13,874 bases of DNA from a virus (IMGVR_UViG_2695420589_000012); one strand, 5' to 3'; positions 1 to 8,439 are shown, counted from the stretch's first letter. The notes: a model not told the origin generated them from the letters alone. A program made the numbers and translations.

Positions 1-79
1 TATCAGGATGCTACCAATGAAAGATACTGGAAAGCCAACTGCAAAAAGCTAACAACCCGTAATCGAGTTATCAGAACTG

Positions 80-379
80 TTAATTTTTATGGTATACCGC
101 GNNNNNNNNNNNNNNNNNNNNNNNNNNNNNNNNNNNNNNNNNNNNNNNNNNNNNNNNNNNNNNNNNNNNNNNNNNNNNNNNNNNNNNNNNNNNNNNNNNN
201 NNNNNNNNNNNNNNNNNNNNNNNNNNNNNNNNNNNNNNNNNNNNNNNNNNNNNNNNNNNNNNNNNNNNNNNNNNNNNNNNNNNNNNNNNNNNNNNNNNNN
301 NNNNNNNNNNNNNNNNNNNNNNNNNNNNNNNNNCAAAATTGCGGATCCCTTTCACAATCAGTTCATAGTTTTGAGTCAT
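80..379 (-). CDS. Hypothetical protein in the endolysin position directly downstream of the pinholin; interior masked, identity unresolved
   Basis: ATG at 379-377 lies 5 nt after the holin stop, with a GGGGAGAG Shine-Dalgarno-like run inside the holin 3' end. Visible N-terminus MTQNYELIVKGIRNF and C-terminus AVYHKN; 231 nt of the interior are masked. Visible flanks are AT-rich. Whether the two visible ends belong to one 99-aa protein depends on the mask preserving length. Confidence 0.3.
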   Translation of the reverse strand: MTQNYELIVKGIRNFXXXXXXXXXXXXXXXXXXXXXXXXXXXXXXXXXXXXXXXXXXXXXXXXXXXXXXXXXXXXXXXXXXXXXXXXXXXXXXAVYHKN

Positions 380-383
380 TGAA

Positions 384-599
384 TTACTCTCCCCGTGCAG
401 CCTTACGACGGTCCTCTCTGATTTTGAAATACAGGTTAGTCAGATATGTCAGCAGCCCAAACAGCAGACTCCCCAGCACGCCTATTGCCGCCCACTGAGA
501 CGGGGAAACCCTGTCCAGCAACTGCAGGAACCAGTAGCCCGTTCCCACCGCTGACGTGGTGTATGACACACCTGTTGTGATTTTTTCCATCTGGTACAT
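384..599 (-). CDS. S: Phage-21-type class II holin (pinholin S), 71 aa, with Met1/Met4 dual-start motif
   Basis: The 71-aa product [71 protein letters not shown] closely matches the S21 pinholin as I recall it (two TM segments, charged C-terminus). SD-like GGGAGACGGGG precedes the ATG. The track's 97-aa version (to 677) is an upstream in-frame extension that runs through a terminator hairpin and is probably not translated. Confidence 0.88.
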   Translation of the reverse strand: MYQMEKITTGVSYTTSAVGTGYWFLQLLDRVSPSQWAAIGVLGSLLFGLLTYLTNLYFKIREDRRKAARGE

Positions 600-632
600 A
601 CCCCGTCTCCCGTTATCCGGAAGCTGACAACA

Positions 633-663
633 ATAAAAAAAGCCACCAGTTAAGTACTGATGG
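633..663 (-). terminator. Candidate intrinsic terminator between nanS-p and the holin
   Basis: Minus strand reads CCATCAG-tacttaa-CTGGTGG followed by CTTTTTTTATTG: a 7-bp stem (one G.U pair), 7-nt loop and U-run. Sits in the 150-nt gap between the nanS-p stop (750) and the holin start (599). Confidence 0.4.
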
Positions 664-749
664 CTCTGATAACTCATGCAGGCATCTCAGACGACCCACT
701 GACACTACCGGTGAGTTTAACGATACCTTCCATTTGGCTGGCTCACTTT

Positions 750-2703
750 TTATGATGATGCCGGTGCATTTATCTCCAGCACCAGACTTTCTATCTCAAC
801 GCCATACGCTGCATTTTTGGTAATATCCGTCAGCGTCAGCGCATTCAGCCCCAGTGTCAGACTGTCTTTTATGACCTGGAATGCCGGGCCAGCCACTCCA
901 TTCAGTTTCGGAGTAACCGTGGCACTGCCGGCGGTGAACACCAGCTCCAGCGTCAGCCAGTCGTTACTGTAATTCCCGAACTCGCCCAACTTTGTGTTTC
1001 CTGCTTTCTTGTGATGCATCAGATTCAGTTTGCCGTCTGTGGTCTGGGTGAAGAACGACATCAGGAACGGGTTACCAGTCCCGGTCATCGCCACGACGTC
1101 AGGTAACGCTACATCGGTATACAGATAAATTCCCAGACCGAACTGGTTGTTGGTCAGTGCGCCTGACAGTCGAAACTTACAGCTCAGTCTGCCACCCCGT
1201 GTCAGCAGGGAGACTGCGTCATCCACCGGGCGCGTCAGGGACCAGGCTTTATTGCTCTGCTTGGTGATCTTAAATACACCATCTGACAACTGAACTCCGC
1301 CATTCTTAATGCTCCAGCCCTGCGCAGCAGCGTCTCCGGCTGTCGGCAACAGGGAGATTGTGCGTATGGATGCATCTTCAGACGGCCCCGATGGCGTGTC
1401 GCCGCCGGGCGAGGGTTTGATTTCCGGTGCCTTACCACTAATGAAGGCTAAGGTGCGACCGGCTACGTTCAGAATAGCAGTTGCCATACGATCGGGAATA
1501 ATGCCACGACGCGCCCATGAGCTGAAATGCGTCGGGCGATTTGATGATACCCAGTTTTTGTTCGTTCGGGATGCCGAACCGTAATAACCAGACCCGGCAA
1601 TATCAGGATCTTCTGACGGGTTGNNNNNNNNNNNNNNNNNNNNNNNNNNNNNNNNNNNNNNNNNNNNNNNNNNNNNNNNNNNNNNNNNNNNNNNNNNNNN
1701 NNNNNNNNNNNNNNNNNNNNNNNNNNNNNNNNNNNNNNNNNNNNNNNNNNNNNNNNNNNNNNNNNNNNNNNNNNNNNNNNNNNNNNNNNNNNNNNNNNNN
1801 NNNNNNNNNNNNNNNNNNNNNNNNNNNNNNNNNNNNNNNNNNNNNNNNNNNNNNNNNNNNNNNNNNNNNNNNNNNNNNNNNNNNNNNNNNNNNNNNNNNN
1901 NNNNNNNNNNNNNNNNNNNNNNNNNNNNNNNNNNNNNNNNNNNNNNNNNNNNNNNNNNNNNNNNNNNNNNNNNNNNNNNNNNNNNNNNNNNNNNNNNNNN
2001 NNNNNNNNATCCAGCATATCGCCAGCAAAACGTTTTTCGGGTTTTTCTGCAATGCTGCCTTCGTGCGGAAAAGCAGATCCTGATATAACGGCTTACCCAC
2101 TCCCCAGCGAGCCGAATCCTGACTGGCCCCCGTGGACTCGCTGAATGTCCCCTCCGTGCCCTGGGTGAATGCCGAACCACCACAACAGCATGGTACCAGC
2201 AGGATCCCCGCATTATTAGGGATATACGGAAGCAGTTTTTTGGCAATATGTAAGCCCTGTCCGACACAGCCGTACTGCCCTTTGCTCAGGTCAGCCCGGG
2301 GATGGTTAATCGTACTCATATCCTGAACATCATGCAGACAATGGTCAGCAGGAATGATGTCGTTAAATACGCATACTTCACCACCGGGAGTCACTGTGTT
2401 ACGACGGGCCAGTTGCTTAATGCGCGGATGGGGCGCATCGTATGAATCCGGAAGCGGAAGACCTTCACCGTAAGCCATGGCATTGGATTGCCCGGCCAGT
2501 ACGATGACGTAGTACCACTCCGGCTCAGTTGCACCACTGACGACCACATCACCTTCTGCTGCAATCGCCTGCATCAGGGTATAAGGGGTTATGGCCACCG
2601 GACTACCAAACGGCTGCCAGCCCTCCTTCAGTTTTTGTGTCAGTCGTTTCGCAAGGTCTGACGGCGATGCCGCCCTGACCACGTCATAGTGTTTAAATGC
2701 CAT
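750..2703 (-). CDS. NanS-p-like prophage SGNH/GDSL esterase (sialate O-acetylesterase family); middle masked and the two visible halves are in different frames
   Basis: N-terminal part (2703 to 2009) begins MAFKHYDVVRAASPSDLAKRL and contains the SGNH block-I motif VLAGQSNAMAYGEG. C-terminal part (1623 to 750) is a Gly/Ser/Thr-rich domain ending LVLEINAPASS. SD GGGAGGA lies 6 nt before the ATG at 2703. The N-terminal frame stops at 1603 just past the mask, while the C-terminal frame is offset by one nucleotide (mask length 385 is not a multiple of 3). Confidence 0.65.
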
Positions 2704-4228
2704 GAATCCTCCCGGCCGGGATAATATTGTGAGTAAAATAAGGAGCGGGCTGAAGTCCGGAAGTTACAGGACAATGGCAGAAGAGAGACGACAGCCCGCA
2801 ATTCGAAAAAGACCGCGCAGTTGCGCAGAGTGATTACTATGGGGTATTATTCGCCAGCTGAAATATTACTTCACGTTTTATTGTTTATTCCTTGCCGCCC
2901 GCGTCNNNNNNNNNNNNNNNNNNNNNNNNNNNNNNNNNNNNNNNNNNNNNNNNNNNNNNNNNNNNNNNNNNNNNNNNNNNNNNNNNNNNNNNNNNNNNNN
3001 NNNNNNNNNNNNNNNNNNNNNNNNNNNNNNNNNNNNNNNNNNNNNNNNNNNNNNNNNNNNNNNNNNNNNNNNNNNNNNNNNNNNNNNNNNNNNNNNNNNN
3101 NNNNNNNNNNNNNNNNNNNNNNNNNNNNNNNNNNNNNNNNNNNNNNNNNNNNNNNNNNNNNNNNNNNNNNNNNNNNNNNNNNNNNNNNNNNNNNNNNNNN
3201 NNNNNNNNNNNNNNNNNNNNNNNNNNNNNNNNNNNNNNNNNNNNNNNNNNNNNNNNNNNNNNNNNNNNNNNNNNNNNNNNNNNNNNNNNNNNNNNNNNNN
3301 NNNNNNNNNNNNNNNNNNNNNNNNNNNNNNNNNNNNNNNNNNNNNNNNNNNNNNNNNNNNNNNNNNNNNNNNNNNNNNNNNNNNNNNNNNNNNNNNNNNN
3401 NNNNNNNNNNNNNNNNNNNNNNNNNNNNNNNNNNNNNNNNNNNNNNNNNNNNNNNNNNNNNNNNNNNNNNNNNNNNNNNNNNNNNNNNNNNNNNNNNNNN
3501 NNNNNNNNNNNNNNNNNNNNNNNNNNNNNNNNNNNNNNNNNNNNNNNNNNNNNNNNNNNNNNNNNNNNNNNNNNNNNNNNNNNNNNNNNNNNNNNNNNNN
3601 NNNNNNNNNNNNNNNNNNNNNNNNNNNNNNNNNNNNNNNNNNNNNNNNNNNNNNNNNNNNNNNNNNNNNNNNNNNNNNNNNNNNNNNNNNNNNNNNNNNN
3701 NNNNNNNNNNNNNNNNNNNNNNNNNNNNNNNNNNNNNNNNNNNNNNNNNNNNNNNNNNNNNNNNNNNNNNNNNNNNNNNNNNNNNNNNNNNNNNNNNNNN
3801 NNNNNNNNNNNNNNNNNNNNNNNNNNNNNNNNNNNNNNNNNNNNNNNNNNNNNNNNNNNNNNNNNNNNNNNNNNNNNNNNNNNNNNNNNNNNGCGGATGG
3901 GCCTGGAAGGATAGCGGTCATGTGATGCCGGTTTCCCGGTAACTCAGCACCGGTATCTGAGTCAACGTTTTCTCTACTGGGTCATTTCCGATACGCCCTG
4001 CCTGCTGACAGGCTTTCATCACATCTGACAAAATCAATATAAACAGCCCCTCNNNNNNNNNNNNNNNNNNNNNNNNNNNNNNNNNNNNNNNNNNNNNNNN
4101 NNNNNNNNNNNNNNNNNNNNNNNNNNNNNNNNNNNNNNNNNNNNNNNNNNNNNNNNNNNNNNNNNNNNNNNNNNNNNNNNNNNNNNNNNNNNNNNNNNNN
4201 NNNNNNNNNNNNNNNNNNNNNNNNNNNN

Positions 4229-4262
4229 TCCTTATGGACTAAAACAACAAAGTCCATAAGGA
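4229..4262 (-). promoter_or_regulatory. Perfect 12-bp inverted repeat (stem-loop) abutting a masked block; possible 5'-UTR structure or terminator
   Basis: tccttatggact - aaaacaacaa - agtccataagga: arms are exact reverse complements with a 10-nt loop. On the minus strand the 3' arm ends in AAGGA (SD-like) immediately before the mask. The repeat could extend into the mask. Confidence 0.4.
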
Positions 4263-4343
4263 GTTTACTCACATCTGAAAATATAGCACCCTGACTGATA
4301 CTGTAGTACCTAAGGTTCCAGAAACTGTGATGTATCCGGCACA

Positions 4344-4367
4344 GAAAAGCCCCTCCGGAGAGGGCTG
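4344..4367 (-). terminator. Candidate intrinsic terminator downstream of the 117-aa accessory ORF
   Basis: Minus strand GCCCU-cuccgga-GGGGC followed by UUUUCU: a short GC stem (4 G-C pairs plus one G.U) with a U-run. Modest stem, hence low confidence. Confidence 0.3.
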
Positions 4368-4758
4368 GAGAGTGGCGCTATGTGCCATTGCATGATGCCG
4401 GGTGCCTCCCGGTGAATTCAGTACCAGCACCTGAATCCGCGATTATCCCATATACCTACTCGCTGATTGCCCCTCCGCACAGGGGGATTCACCATGCCAG
4501 TTTCTTTTAACAAACTCCCCGCAAACCAGACAACAGTCAACCGCCTGAATTGTGAAGTATTTAAAAATTTCTCCCGCTAACTGATACCCGGCTAACAGTC
4601 TGGCGTTTTCTTTTTCAGCAACGGGAAAGCAACAACCACCACACCCGCCACCAGCACACCGTCAGCCAGCACTGACATTATCCGGCTGCTGCAATGCCAT
4701 TCACAAAAACAGTAAGCAATCACTTTTTACCGTAACAGGTGATAATCCAGATATGTAT

Positions 4759-5112
4759 CTACCCCAGATGAGTAATCCGAAGTTCATCCATACCACAGGT
4801 CCTGGCTATTCTGTTGTACTCCTGAACAAGAGCAAATAATTCTGAATTAGCAACCATGAACTCATCGCAAACCCTCTGTATAGCATCACTATTCAGAATA
4901 ATAACGTCTCTTCCCGAAAGACGATCAGGAGTACAGAACAAAACTGTCAAACGGCTGAAGGCCTTTGCTCGTGCTGCATTGACTATATCAATACGCTGCC
5001 TAAGGATGAAACACCCCGACGCCTCATCAATATTCACTCTACCCACACCATATGAATGATAAATATTTAATGCTGAAAAAACCATTAGACCGTATAACAA
5101 ACACTCAATCAA
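4759..5112 (-). CDS. Hypothetical low-GC accessory (moron) protein, 117 aa from a TTG start or 108 aa from the internal ATG at 5085
   Basis: Intact ORF starting about 110 nt downstream of the tRNA cluster. The track's M is a TTG codon; the first ATG gives MVFSALNIYHSYGVGRVNIDEASG. Codon usage is strongly skewed to rare codons: 6 of 11 Arg codons are AGA/AGG and 3 of 11 Ile codons are ATA, the codons read by the adjacent tRNAs. I do not recognise the protein. Confidence 0.45.
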   Translation of the reverse strand: MIECLLYGLMVFSALNIYHSYGVGRVNIDEASGCFILRQRIDIVNAARAKAFSRLTVLFCTPDRLSGRDVIILNSDAIQRVCDEFMVANSELFALVQEYNRIARTCGMDELRITHLG

Positions 5113-5222
5113 TACTTAACAGAACTTTTATTTTTGACAAACATAAAATATTTTCAACAATATCCTGAGCCAGGTATATTTCAGTATAAGGCTCTGCCGG
5201 AAGGAATCTGGAAGAATGAATA

Positions 5223-5299
5223 TGGCGCGCTGTACTGGATTCGAACCAGTGACCGATTGCTTAGAAGGCAATTGCTCTGTCCGGCTGAGCTAACAACGC
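5223..5299 (-). tRNA. argO: tRNA-Arg, anticodon UCU (reads AGA/AGG), 77 nt including CCA
   Basis: Hand-folded cloverleaf: acceptor GCGTTGT/ACAGCGC, D-arm GCTC/GAGC, anticodon stem ATTGC/GCAAT with loop CTTCTAA, T-arm ACTGG-TTCGAAT-CCAGT, encoded CCA. The symbol follows the ileZ-argN-argO order known from Stx phage 933W; which Arg gene carries which name is from memory. Confidence 0.85.
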
Positions 5300-5312
5300 A
5301 TGATGCAGATAA

Positions 5313-5389
5313 TGGACCGCCATCGGGGACTTGAACCCCGCGCAGCCAGCTTCGAAGGCTGGCGCTCTTTCCTGATGAGCTAATGGCGG
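5313..5389 (-). tRNA. argN: tRNA-Arg, anticodon UCG as read from the sequence, 77 nt including CCA
   Basis: Cloverleaf: acceptor CCGCCAT/ATGGCGG (C1-G72), D-arm GCTC/GAGC, anticodon stem CCAGC/GCTGG with loop CTTCGAA, T-arm CGGGG-TTCAAGT-CCCCG, CCA. The UCG anticodon is my direct reading; the symbol is assigned by position only. Confidence 0.78.
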
Positions 5390-5396
5390 TATGTGA

Positions 5397-5472
5397 TGGT
5401 GGCCCTTGCTGGATTTGAACCAGCGACCTGGCGATTATGAGTCGCTCGCTCTCACCACTGAGCTAAAGGGCC
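5397..5472 (-). tRNA. ileZ: tRNA with CAU anticodon, ileX-like (probable lysidine-modified tRNA-Ile2 reading AUA), 76 nt including CCA
   Basis: GGCCCTTTAGCTCAGTGGTGAGAGCGAGCGACTCATAATCGCCAGGTCGCTGGTTCAAATCCAGCAAGGGCCACCA. Anticodon loop CTCATAA. The body resembles E. coli ileX rather than initiator or elongator Met tRNA. First of three tandem tRNAs, 40 nt downstream of the methyltransferase stop. Confidence 0.85.
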
Positions 5473-5512
5473 GGGAGCCGCATAATAACGACGCGTAATT
5501 AATTCTTCAATA

Positions 5513-6470
5513 TCATCCGTTCTGGCTGACTAAATCCTGTACTTCCCGAACCGTCTGCTCAAAACGTTCAGTCTCCAGCTCAACGCCAATTGCACGACGC
5601 CCGAGCGCCAGTGCCGCTTTCACTGTCGAACCCAACCCCATGAAAAAATCTGCAATCAGGTCACCCGGACGACTGCTAGCGCTGATTATCTGCTGCAGCA
5701 TTTCTGCCGGTTTTTCGCACGGATGTTTCCCGGGATAGAACTGCACCGGTTTATGCGTCCACACATCGGTATACGGCACCTGCACCGTCACGCCAAAATA
5801 CCGCCGCAGATGTTTATATTCACTCAGCAGCTCCGCATACTGCCGGTTCAGTGAGGTATACGTATCCACCAGCTGGTGGTGGAGCTTTTCCAGTTCACCA
5901 CGCCGATGCTTCTCTTCTGCCACCCGGGCAAACAGCGCCTGTAATTTCAGATAATCGCTTTCATTCGGCAACTGCCACTGACCGGCACTGAACCAGTGCG
6001 ACACCATGTTTTTCTTTCCTGTGGCATCTGCAATCTGTTTTGCCGTTATCCCCAGGGCAGCTCGCGCATCACGAAAGTAAGAAATCAGCGGGGCCATCAC
6101 ATGCTGTTTCAGTGCACTGCCCTTCGCCGCATACCCGGCATCTTTCGGACGATACGGCCCCTGATAATGTTCCGCGAACAGAATGCGCTCTGTGGCGGGG
6201 AAATACGCCCGCAGGCTTTCCTTGTTGCATCCGTTCCAGCGTCCGGACGGCTTCGCCCAGATAATATGGTTCAGCACACTGAAGCGTTCACGCATCATGA
6301 TTTCGATATCAGATGCCAGGCGATGACCACAGAACAGGTAAAGACTTCCGGCAGGTTTCAGCACCCGCCAGAACTGCGCCAGACACTGGTCCAGCCACTT
6401 CAGGTAATCATCGTCGCCCTTCCACTGGTTATCCCAGCCCTCAGGCTTCACTTTAAAGTACGGCGGGTCC
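5513..6470 (-). CDS. DNA N6-adenine (or N4-cytosine) methyltransferase, beta-class; C-terminal 319 aa visible, N-terminus masked
   Basis: Visible part starts at catalytic motif IV DPPY (DPPYFKVKPEGWDNQ) and carries the AdoMet-binding motif I near the C-terminus (DLIADFFMGLGSTVKAALALGRRAIGVE). The IV-before-I order is typical of beta-class amino-MTases. Stop TGA at 5513-5515. Confidence 0.8.
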
Positions 6471-7248
6471 NNNNNNNNNNNNNNNNNNNNNNNNNNNNNN
6501 NNNNNNNNNNNNNNNNNNNNNNNNNNNNNNNNNNNNNNNNNNNNNNNNNNNNNNNNNNNNNNNNNNNNNNNNNNNNNNNNNNNNNNNNNNNNNNNNNNNN
6601 NNNNNNNNNNNNNNNNNNNNNNNNNNNNNNNNNNNNNNNNNNNNNNNNNNNNNNNNNNNNNNNNNNNNNNNNNNNNNNNNNNNNNNNNNNNNNNNNNNNN
6701 NNNNNNNNNNNNNNNNNNNNNNNNNNNNNNNNNNNNNNNNNNNNNNNNNNNNNNNNNNNNNNNNNNNNNNNNNNNNNNNNNNNNNNNNNNNNNNNNNNNN
6801 NNNNNNNNNNNNNNNNNNNNNNNNNNNNNNNNNNNNNNNNNNNNNNNNNNNNNNNNNNNNNNNNNNNNNNNNNNNNNNNNNNNNNNNNNNNNNNNNNNNN
6901 NNNNNNNNNNNNNNNNNNNNNNNNNNNNNNNNNNNNNNNNNNNNNNNNNNNNNNNNNNNNNNNNNNNNNNNNNNNNNNNNNNNNNNNNNNNNNNNNNNNN
7001 NNNNNNNNNNNNNNNNNNNNNNNNNNNNNNNNNNNNNNNNNNNNNNNNNNNNNNNNNNNNNNNNNNNNNNNNNNNNNNNNNNNNNNNNNNNNNNNNNNNN
7101 NNNNNNNNNNNNNNNNNNNNNNNNNNNNNNNNNNNNNNNNNNNNNNNNNNNNNNNNNNNNNNNNNNNNNNNNNNNNNNNNNNNNNNNNNNNNNNNNNNNN
7201 NNNNNNNNNNNNNNNNNNNNNNNNNNNNAGGCATANNNNNNNNNNNNN

Positions 7249-8068
7249 ACCTAGTTACCTTTTTTAACTGCCGCTCAGCCCATGCTTCTTCAATATCAAA
7301 CCGGGTCACCAGCGCATCATAAAATTTCTTAACTGTTTTTTCCCATGACGCGCGTGTTATCTGGTTTGTCACCTCGCATATAGCATTAAATGCCTCCGTT
7401 GATGGTAGTCTTTCATAGCCACGACCACCACAACGCTGGCAGTCTCTGATAACAGGCATACCACGTTTTACCGACTCTTCACGATGAATGGCGACACCAC
7501 GCCCACGGCAATCCTTACAGGCGGTGGAAACCTCACCCTTTCCGCCACACTCCGGACAGGCAACTTTTACCACCTCCCTGACTTTTTTCCATTCTTCCCA
7601 GTAAGACGGATACACACCTTTCGTACACTTTGCCCATACCGGCGGCTTACCATCCGGATACTGGATCTTGTTTGTAAAAACCTCGCTTTCAATAAATTTT
7701 TTTCCGTGACAGCAGGGGCACTGTTTTTTGCTCGCCGCGCTACGGGCATAATCTTCAAACGCATACGAAGCCATAATACGCATCACTGCCGGTTTTATTT
7801 CTGCCGGGAGTTTTCTTAACGCCGCCACGCGATCACACCGACTGAGTGCATATTCTGTCAGCAATTCTGTTGCCCGCTCTCTGTCATTCATACTAATGCC
7901 CATTTTCCCAAGGAACGCAGAAACCCCCATCTCAGCCCGATTCTGTGTCATGCCCTGCGCGGCCATCACATCAGTGATACTCAGCGCATCTTTCGACGTT
8001 GAGGCCGATGCATCAGTCAGGCCGGGGGATTTTGGGGAGTAGTATTTCGGTAAATCTTCCAGTTTCAT
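7249..8068 (-). CDS. Q: Probable late-gene antiterminator Q (phage-82 / QuuQ-like family) with four CxxCxGxG zinc-finger repeats; C-terminal end masked
   Basis: ATG at 8068 overlaps the rusA stop (ATGA), the conserved rusA-Q arrangement in lambdoid nin regions. N-terminus MKLEDLPKYYSPKSPGL resembles Q82-family proteins as I recall them. Four Cys pairs are visible (CPCCHGKKF, CPECGGKGEV, CKDCRGRG, CQRCGGRG). The family call rests on position plus memory, not a search. Confidence 0.55.
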
Positions 8069-8439
8069 TTTTTGACCTGCTCTTCATGCATTATGGGGTA
8101 AATCTTCACCCCCAGACGTCCACCAGATACTGGCTGACCACGAACGATATTGATTTCATCAAACTGCTCATCGTCCATTAACACTCCCGCATGTGTCAGT
8201 GCATCCAGTGGTGCTTTCAGGATATTGTCCAGGTCACGACGGCGCTTATCCGGTGGCTCTGCAATAATCTTTATCGCCAGTCTTCCGGACAGGCTTAATT
8301 TCAGTCGCTGCTGACGGACAATAAGCGCCACATCCCGGCGATAACGCTCACCGGCTTTTGATACAAAATATGTGTTGTCACGACGTCGCCAGTAAGTATT
8401 CACCGTCGGCGGATAAGGTAAAATAAACTCATGGCGCAT
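8065..8439 (-). CDS. rusA: RusA-family Holliday-junction resolvase (crossover junction endodeoxyribonuclease)
   Basis: 124 aa: MRHEFILPYPPTVNTYWRRR ... PDKRRRDLDNILKAPLDALTHAGVLMDDEQ, with the conserved DLDN catalytic core, similar to DLP12 RusA. Start overlaps the upstream gene's stop and its stop overlaps the Q start. Confidence 0.85.
   Translation of the reverse strand: MRHEFILPYPPTVNTYWRRRDNTYFVSKAGERYRRDVALIVRQQRLKLSLSGRLAIKIIAEPPDKRRRDLDNILKAPLDALTHAGVLMDDEQFDEINIVRGQPVSGGRLGVKIYPIMHEEQVKK

Noticed and set aside
384-677. 97-aa version of the holin ORF starting at 677
   Set aside because: The 26-codon N-terminal extension ([26 protein letters not shown]) spans the terminator hairpin and the SD that serves the Met1/Met4 dual start at 599; the 71-aa product matches pinholin length.
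2821-3942. Long six-frame ORFs made mostly of X residues (2821-3942 +, 2878-3921 -, 2892-3914 +; likewise 11494-12540 +, 11620-12504 -, 5996-7267 +, 1469-2017 -, 1541-2083 +, 1621-2088 +, 49-336 -, 89-382 +)
   Set aside because: These are artefacts of translating N-masked sequence as X, which cannot contain stops. Only the unmasked ends carry information and most lie antisense to better-supported genes.
4263-4272. GTG start at 4272 for the 96-aa ORF 3982-4272
   Set aside because: This start lies upstream of the candidate promoter and inside the hairpin arm, and most of the ORF is masked, so I have not annotated it as a CDS; the frame ending at 3982 (…GRAYRK) remains a possible alternative to the …SYRETGIT frame.
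4856-5059. Plus-strand 67-aa ORF antisense to the 117-aa accessory ORF
   Set aside because: No ribosome-binding site, opposite to the direction of every supported gene in the window, and the rare-codon signature is on the minus-strand frame.
2704-5222. Shiga toxin genes (stxA/stxB) in the canonical slot between the tRNAs and nanS-p
   Set aside because: None of the unmasked sequence in the interval translates to Stx A or B subunit sequence as I recall it in any frame. The gene entering the large mask starts MTAILPGPS, not an Stx signal peptide, and the largest mask (987 nt) is shorter than a contiguous stxAB operon (about 1.24 kb). Absence in the masked part cannot be strictly proven.
5134-5334. 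Plus-strand 66-aa ORF overlapping the tRNA genes
   Set aside because: It lies antisense across two well-folded tRNA genes and has no SD; spurious.
7567-7819. ORFs 7484-7819 (+) and 7567-7764 (-) within the Q-like gene
   Set aside because: They are nested in or antisense to the zinc-finger ORF that is translationally coupled to rusA, and have no separate signals.
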